Below the pieces are notes generated by a model. That model saw only the letters and a list, made by a program, of their open reading frames with translations. It ran no database searches and had not been told where the DNA came from. From IMG/VR virus record IMGVR_UViG_3300021255_000003: a stretch of 35,428 nt of DNA; one strand, given 5' to 3'. Made by a program: the position numbers and the translations under genes. This stretch comes from a virus. Below are positions 32,592 through 35,428 of the stretch, piece by piece (position 1 is the stretch's first letter; each line of letters begins with the position of its first letter).

Positions 32592-32753
32592 CTATTTTTT
32601 AAGAGTTTTTTTCTTACTATTTTCTTCCATTATCTTGTTTAAGCCTTCTGAATATATCCTTATGTATTCATCTTTTCTTTGTATCTCATGTATTAAGTTT
32701 TGTACTTGTAATCTTCTTTCTATTAGTTCTTCTTCTAGTTCTAATCTAGTCAT
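32592..32753 (-). CDS. Small coiled-coil protein (53 aa)
   Basis: Hand-translated MTRLELEEELIERRLQVQNL... Weak SD. Below the track cutoff. Confidence 0.35.
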   Translation of the reverse strand: MTRLELEEELIERRLQVQNLIHEIQRKDEYIRIYSEGLNKIMEENSKKKTLKK

Positions 32754-32767
32754 ATAGTGGACATTTT

Positions 32768-33139
32768 TCATTTGTTATTCTCCATATTATTTACTTTATC
32801 TATTAATTCATTGATTTTATTATGATAATCTTCAACTCTTTTTTCTAATAATTCAATTCTTCTTTTATAATGTTCTTCTTCATTTCTGGCTTTTTGTATT
32901 TTCTCTAAACTATAATATGGTAATTTTTCTATTTTCTTATCTTCTTCTATTGGAATAAAATCATATAATGGATTAAAAAATGCTTCACTTGTAAAAGTTC
33001 CAGTCTCCCATTCAAAATTATTACCATTCCAATATATTTGTGTTACATATTGGTCATCATAATATACATTAAATTTTACTTTCCCATTGGTTGGTAATTC
33101 ATTTATATAATTGTATAAATGCTCGCTATTTATCTTCAT
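32768..33139 (-). CDS. Hypothetical early protein
   Basis: Track ORF. Confidence 0.6.
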   Translation of the reverse strand: MKINSEHLYNYINELPTNGKVKFNVYYDDQYVTQIYWNGNNFEWETGTFTSEAFFNPLYDFIPIEEDKKIEKLPYYSLEKIQKARNEEEHYKRRIELLEKRVEDYHNKINELIDKVNNMENNK

Positions 33140-33214
33140 TGTTTATCCTCCCTACTAAGTGCTAGTATCAGCACTAATATTTCACATATTATTGTTAATA
33201 TTAATCTTTCTGTA

Positions 33215-33409
33215 TCAGTCATTTACACACATCATTTCAGTTGTTTTTATCTCCTGTTCTAATTCTCTTATATATTTTTCTTGCTTTACTATTCTTCTGT
33301 CTAGATCATCAGCCATTGTCATAAATGTTGCTAATGCTATAAATAAAAATATAGAGGTAGGTATTCCAATACAAGCTAAGATATAATATTTCATTTCTTG
33401 CTTTCTCAT
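33215..33409 (-). CDS. Small membrane protein
   Basis: TM segment YYILACIGIPTSIFLFIALATFM. Confidence 0.55.
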   Translation of the reverse strand: MRKQEMKYYILACIGIPTSIFLFIALATFMTMADDLDRRIVKQEKYIRELEQEIKTTEMMCVND

Positions 33410-33648
33410 TGATATACCCCCTCTATTTTTAGTAATCTGCGTAACTTTTCTTTAAATTCAACTCTTTTATTTATATAAACATAATGTCCACACCAACTGC
33501 ATATCTTTTTATCCTTCTTTTCAAATGGATAAAATACTGTTTTATGTCCACATGGACAACTAACTTTGTATTTTGTCAATTCCTCTAATAATCTAAAATC
33601 ATTAGAAAAATGGTTCCTGTAATCTAGCCAACTTTTCATCTTGAACAC
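33406..33648 (-). CDS. Small zinc-ribbon-like protein
   Basis: CPCGH...CSWCGH. Confidence 0.55.
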   Translation of the reverse strand: MFKMKSWLDYRNHFSNDFRLLEELTKYKVSCPCGHKTVFYPFEKKDKKICSWCGHYVYINKRVEFKEKLRRLLKIEGVYQ

Positions 33649-33859
33649 TCCTTTTTTTTCTTAATCTATAAATTATTCTATTCTTTTGCTTTATTAGCAA
33701 ATCATAGTCTTCAAGCCTTTTTTTATAACTTTCTATATTTTGTTTTAAAGTTTTTATTTCATCTTCGTAATTTTCTAATTCATATATTAGACATCTATAT
33801 GATGGAAAAGCATATAACAAATTAAATTTATATTCTTCTTTTGTCATAAATTTTGTCAT
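33602..33859 (-). CDS. Hypothetical coiled-coil protein
   Basis: Track ORF. Confidence 0.55.
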   Translation of the reverse strand: MTKFMTKEEYKFNLLYAFPSYRCLIYELENYEDEIKTLKQNIESYKKRLEDYDLLIKQKNRIIYRLRKKRSVQDEKLARLQEPFF

Positions 33860-33875
33860 TTAGCATTACCCCACT

Positions 33876-34400
33876 CTAAATATATTTAAAACTATAGCCT
33901 TTACAAGTTTTTATTCTGTTCTTTAACACATCCCTAATAGAAAACACAGTTACTCCCATATCTTGTGCTGCACTATAAGAACAATCATATATTTTTCCAT
34001 CACTTCTCATAATACTTTTTTTATTTCTTTCGTTATATTTTTTCAAATTATTTAGCTCATTGTAATATGCGTGTTTCATGTTATATTTTTTAGTACACCA
34101 TTCTAAATTAGTTACTACATTATTCGAAGGATTACCATCAATATGATTTATTTCTGGTAAATTTTGAAGATTTGGAATAAATTCTTTAGCTACTAATCTA
34201 TGAACTATACAATTTTTTCTAATATTATTTTTATATAAAGTTACATATTGTCTATTTCTTGTGTTAGTATATAGTTTTAATATTTTAATCTTTTCTTTTT
34301 TTATTATGTTGTTTATAAAAACAAGTCTTCTTATTCTTCCTAAATTGCTTACTTGATATAATCCTTCATATTCTTTTATATCTTTCCATATTTCTTCCAT
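33876..34400 (-). CDS. HNH homing endonuclease (NUMOD4 plus HNH_3 type)
   Basis: WKDIKEYEGLYQVSNLGRIR is a NUMOD4 motif. HRLVAKEFIPN...INHIDGNPSNNVVTNLEW is the HNH core. Confidence 0.8.
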   Translation of the reverse strand: MEEIWKDIKEYEGLYQVSNLGRIRRLVFINNIIKKEKIKILKLYTNTRNRQYVTLYKNNIRKNCIVHRLVAKEFIPNLQNLPEINHIDGNPSNNVVTNLEWCTKKYNMKHAYYNELNNLKKYNERNKKSIMRSDGKIYDCSYSAAQDMGVTVFSIRDVLKNRIKTCKGYSFKYI

Positions 34401-34744
34401 TATAAATTTCCTCTCCCAGCATTGTTATATTCTCTCTGAAGCTGGTTTTCTATTACTCTAATTTGTAGTTTAATGCTGTTAATGGCTTCTTGATTAGCTT
34501 GATAAACTGCTTCCTTTACATCTCTTTGAAATCTCTTCCTTGCTACTTCAGGAACACCATACACAACTTGTTGTATTAGTGTGACTGGCATTCCTTTTTC
34601 TGCTCTTAATTTTAAAGCTTCTTCTCTTAAAGTTATCTTATAATCTCTTTCAGCTTCAGCAAATTCTGTTCCAGTTTTTCTTAGCGATTTAATACTTAAA
34701 TCTAATTCTTTAATTTTATACTGAAGCTCATTAAATAAATCCAT
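34400..34744 (-). CDS. Conserved phage coiled-coil protein, function unknown
   Basis: Track ORF. Confidence 0.6.
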   Translation of the reverse strand: MDLFNELQYKIKELDLSIKSLRKTGTEFAEAERDYKITLREEALKLRAEKGMPVTLIQQVVYGVPEVARKRFQRDVKEAVYQANQEAINSIKLQIRVIENQLQREYNNAGRGNL

Positions 34745-34748
34745 AATA

Positions 34749-34892
34749 TCAATCCCTTTTATACATCATAGAATTTAATTTTTCTTTTACTTCTTTTGCG
34801 TTTACTATTTCTAGCCTACTTTTAGGTTGTTGACCTTTAATATACTTATTGATTATTTTAATTGCTTCTTCTAATACTCTTTTATCTGTCAT
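34749..34892 (-). CDS. Small hypothetical protein (47 aa)
   Basis: SD AGGAG plus 5 nt, then ATG. Below the track cutoff. Confidence 0.4.
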   Translation of the reverse strand: MTDKRVLEEAIKIINKYIKGQQPKSRLEIVNAKEVKEKLNSMMYKRD

Positions 34893-34900
34893 ATTCACTC

Positions 34901-35326
34901 CTAAAATGGTAAATCATTATCATTAATTTCTGCTTCTACTTGCTTTCCCATTTCTTCAAACGGATCATTATCTTGTTTGTTTTCTTGAACACTAGCTTTG
35001 TTATCTTCTTTTTTTTGTTGTAAGAAAGTTACTTTATCAGCTACTACTTCTGTAACATATACTTTTTTACCTTCTTTATTTTCATATGTTCTAGTTTGTA
35101 ACCTACCACTTACTGCTATTAAGTCTCCTTTATGTGTATATTTTTTTACTGTTTCTGCAATTTGTCCCCACATAGCTATATTTATGAAGTCACTATCATA
35201 ATTACCATCTGTATTCTTATAATCTCTTTGTACTGCTAAACTAAAACTTGCATATGCTTTATTTGACTGTGTATATCTTAATTCTGCGTCTTTTGTCAAT
35301 CTTCCAATTAAAATTACTTTATTCAT
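34901..35326 (-). CDS. ssb: Single-stranded DNA-binding protein
   Basis: MNKVILIGRLTKDAELRYT OB-fold N-terminus and acidic C-terminal tail ending DDLPF. ATG at 35326 overlaps the upstream stop. Confidence 0.9.
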   Translation of the reverse strand: MNKVILIGRLTKDAELRYTQSNKAYASFSLAVQRDYKNTDGNYDSDFINIAMWGQIAETVKKYTHKGDLIAVSGRLQTRTYENKEGKKVYVTEVVADKVTFLQQKKEDNKASVQENKQDNDPFEEMGKQVEAEINDNDLPF

Positions 35327-35428
35327 CATACATATCATCCTTTCCAACTGTTAAGGCACAAAATAGGAAAACTAATATAAGTAATAAAAATATTGCACCT
35401 AATATTGCTAAAAATCCTATTAATATAT
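35322..35428. repeat. Terminal duplicate, right copy, identical to 1-107
   Basis: Exact 107-bp match to the window start. Most likely a circular-assembly overlap. Confidence 0.97.

Larger units (their letters stand above)
1..35428. mobile_element. Complete temperate phage genome (siphovirus-type, SPP1/Sfi11-like head-tail gene order), circularly closed contig, unit length 35321 bp
   Basis: Full set of modules is present: CI/Cro switch, serine integrase, lysis, tail, head, terminase, replication/recombination. Exact 107-bp overlap of the two window ends. ORFs continue across the junction. Confidence 0.9.

Noticed and set aside
1-35428. CRISPR arrays, rRNA genes, transposase/IS elements, or known multi-gene defence systems (RM, CBASS, retron, Gabija and the like)
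   Set aside because: No spaced direct-repeat arrays, reverse transcriptase, cyclase, large ATPase/helicase or methyltransferase ORFs are present. Every large ORF is accounted for by phage structural or life-cycle functions.

Overview
The window is one circularly closed genome of a temperate, very AT-rich siphovirus-type phage. The host is probably a low-GC Firmicute or Clostridia-like bacterium (inference from GH25+LysM lysin, TcdE-like holin and SD usage). Bases 1-107 repeat exactly at 35322-35428, so the unit length is 35321 bp.

Layout:
- Lysogeny switch at 2.7-3.8 kb: divergent Cro-like and LexA/S24-type CI genes, with clear promoters and TGTAACT-N6-AGTTACA operators.
- A CI-co-oriented operon: a basic membrane protein, a lipoprotein and a large serine integrase (4741-6186).
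- An accessory (moron) region at 6.2-8.1 kb: two HNH-like genes, a small ORF with a TGTCGAA x3 array, and a 57-aa/166-aa toxin-antitoxin-like pair.
- Everything else is on the minus strand: lysis cassette, tail, head-tail connectors, head module, terminase, a sigma/ArpU-like late regulator, and a long early/replication operon (SSB, Erf, replisome organizer, a NUMOD4-HNH homing endonuclease and many small unknown ORFs). The early operon runs across the contig junction.

Main observation: a 74-nt initiator-tRNA-like gene with anticodon CUU instead of CAU sits at 28441-28514, directly upstream of terS. At least five key late genes (terS, portal, major capsid, head-closure, major tail; possibly TMP) lack a credible ATG/GTG/TTG start. 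Each has a strong Shine-Dalgarno followed 5-9 nt later by an in-frame AAG. I propose, as inference, a phage-encoded AAG-reading initiator tRNA that licenses translation of virion genes.

Other notable items: two further tRNA-like or cloverleaf RNAs between the MuF and scaffold genes; a MuF-PBECR nuclease fusion; a small HExxH protein in the head module; two attP-like inverted repeats flanking int; and repeated gene-junction cassettes in the early region.
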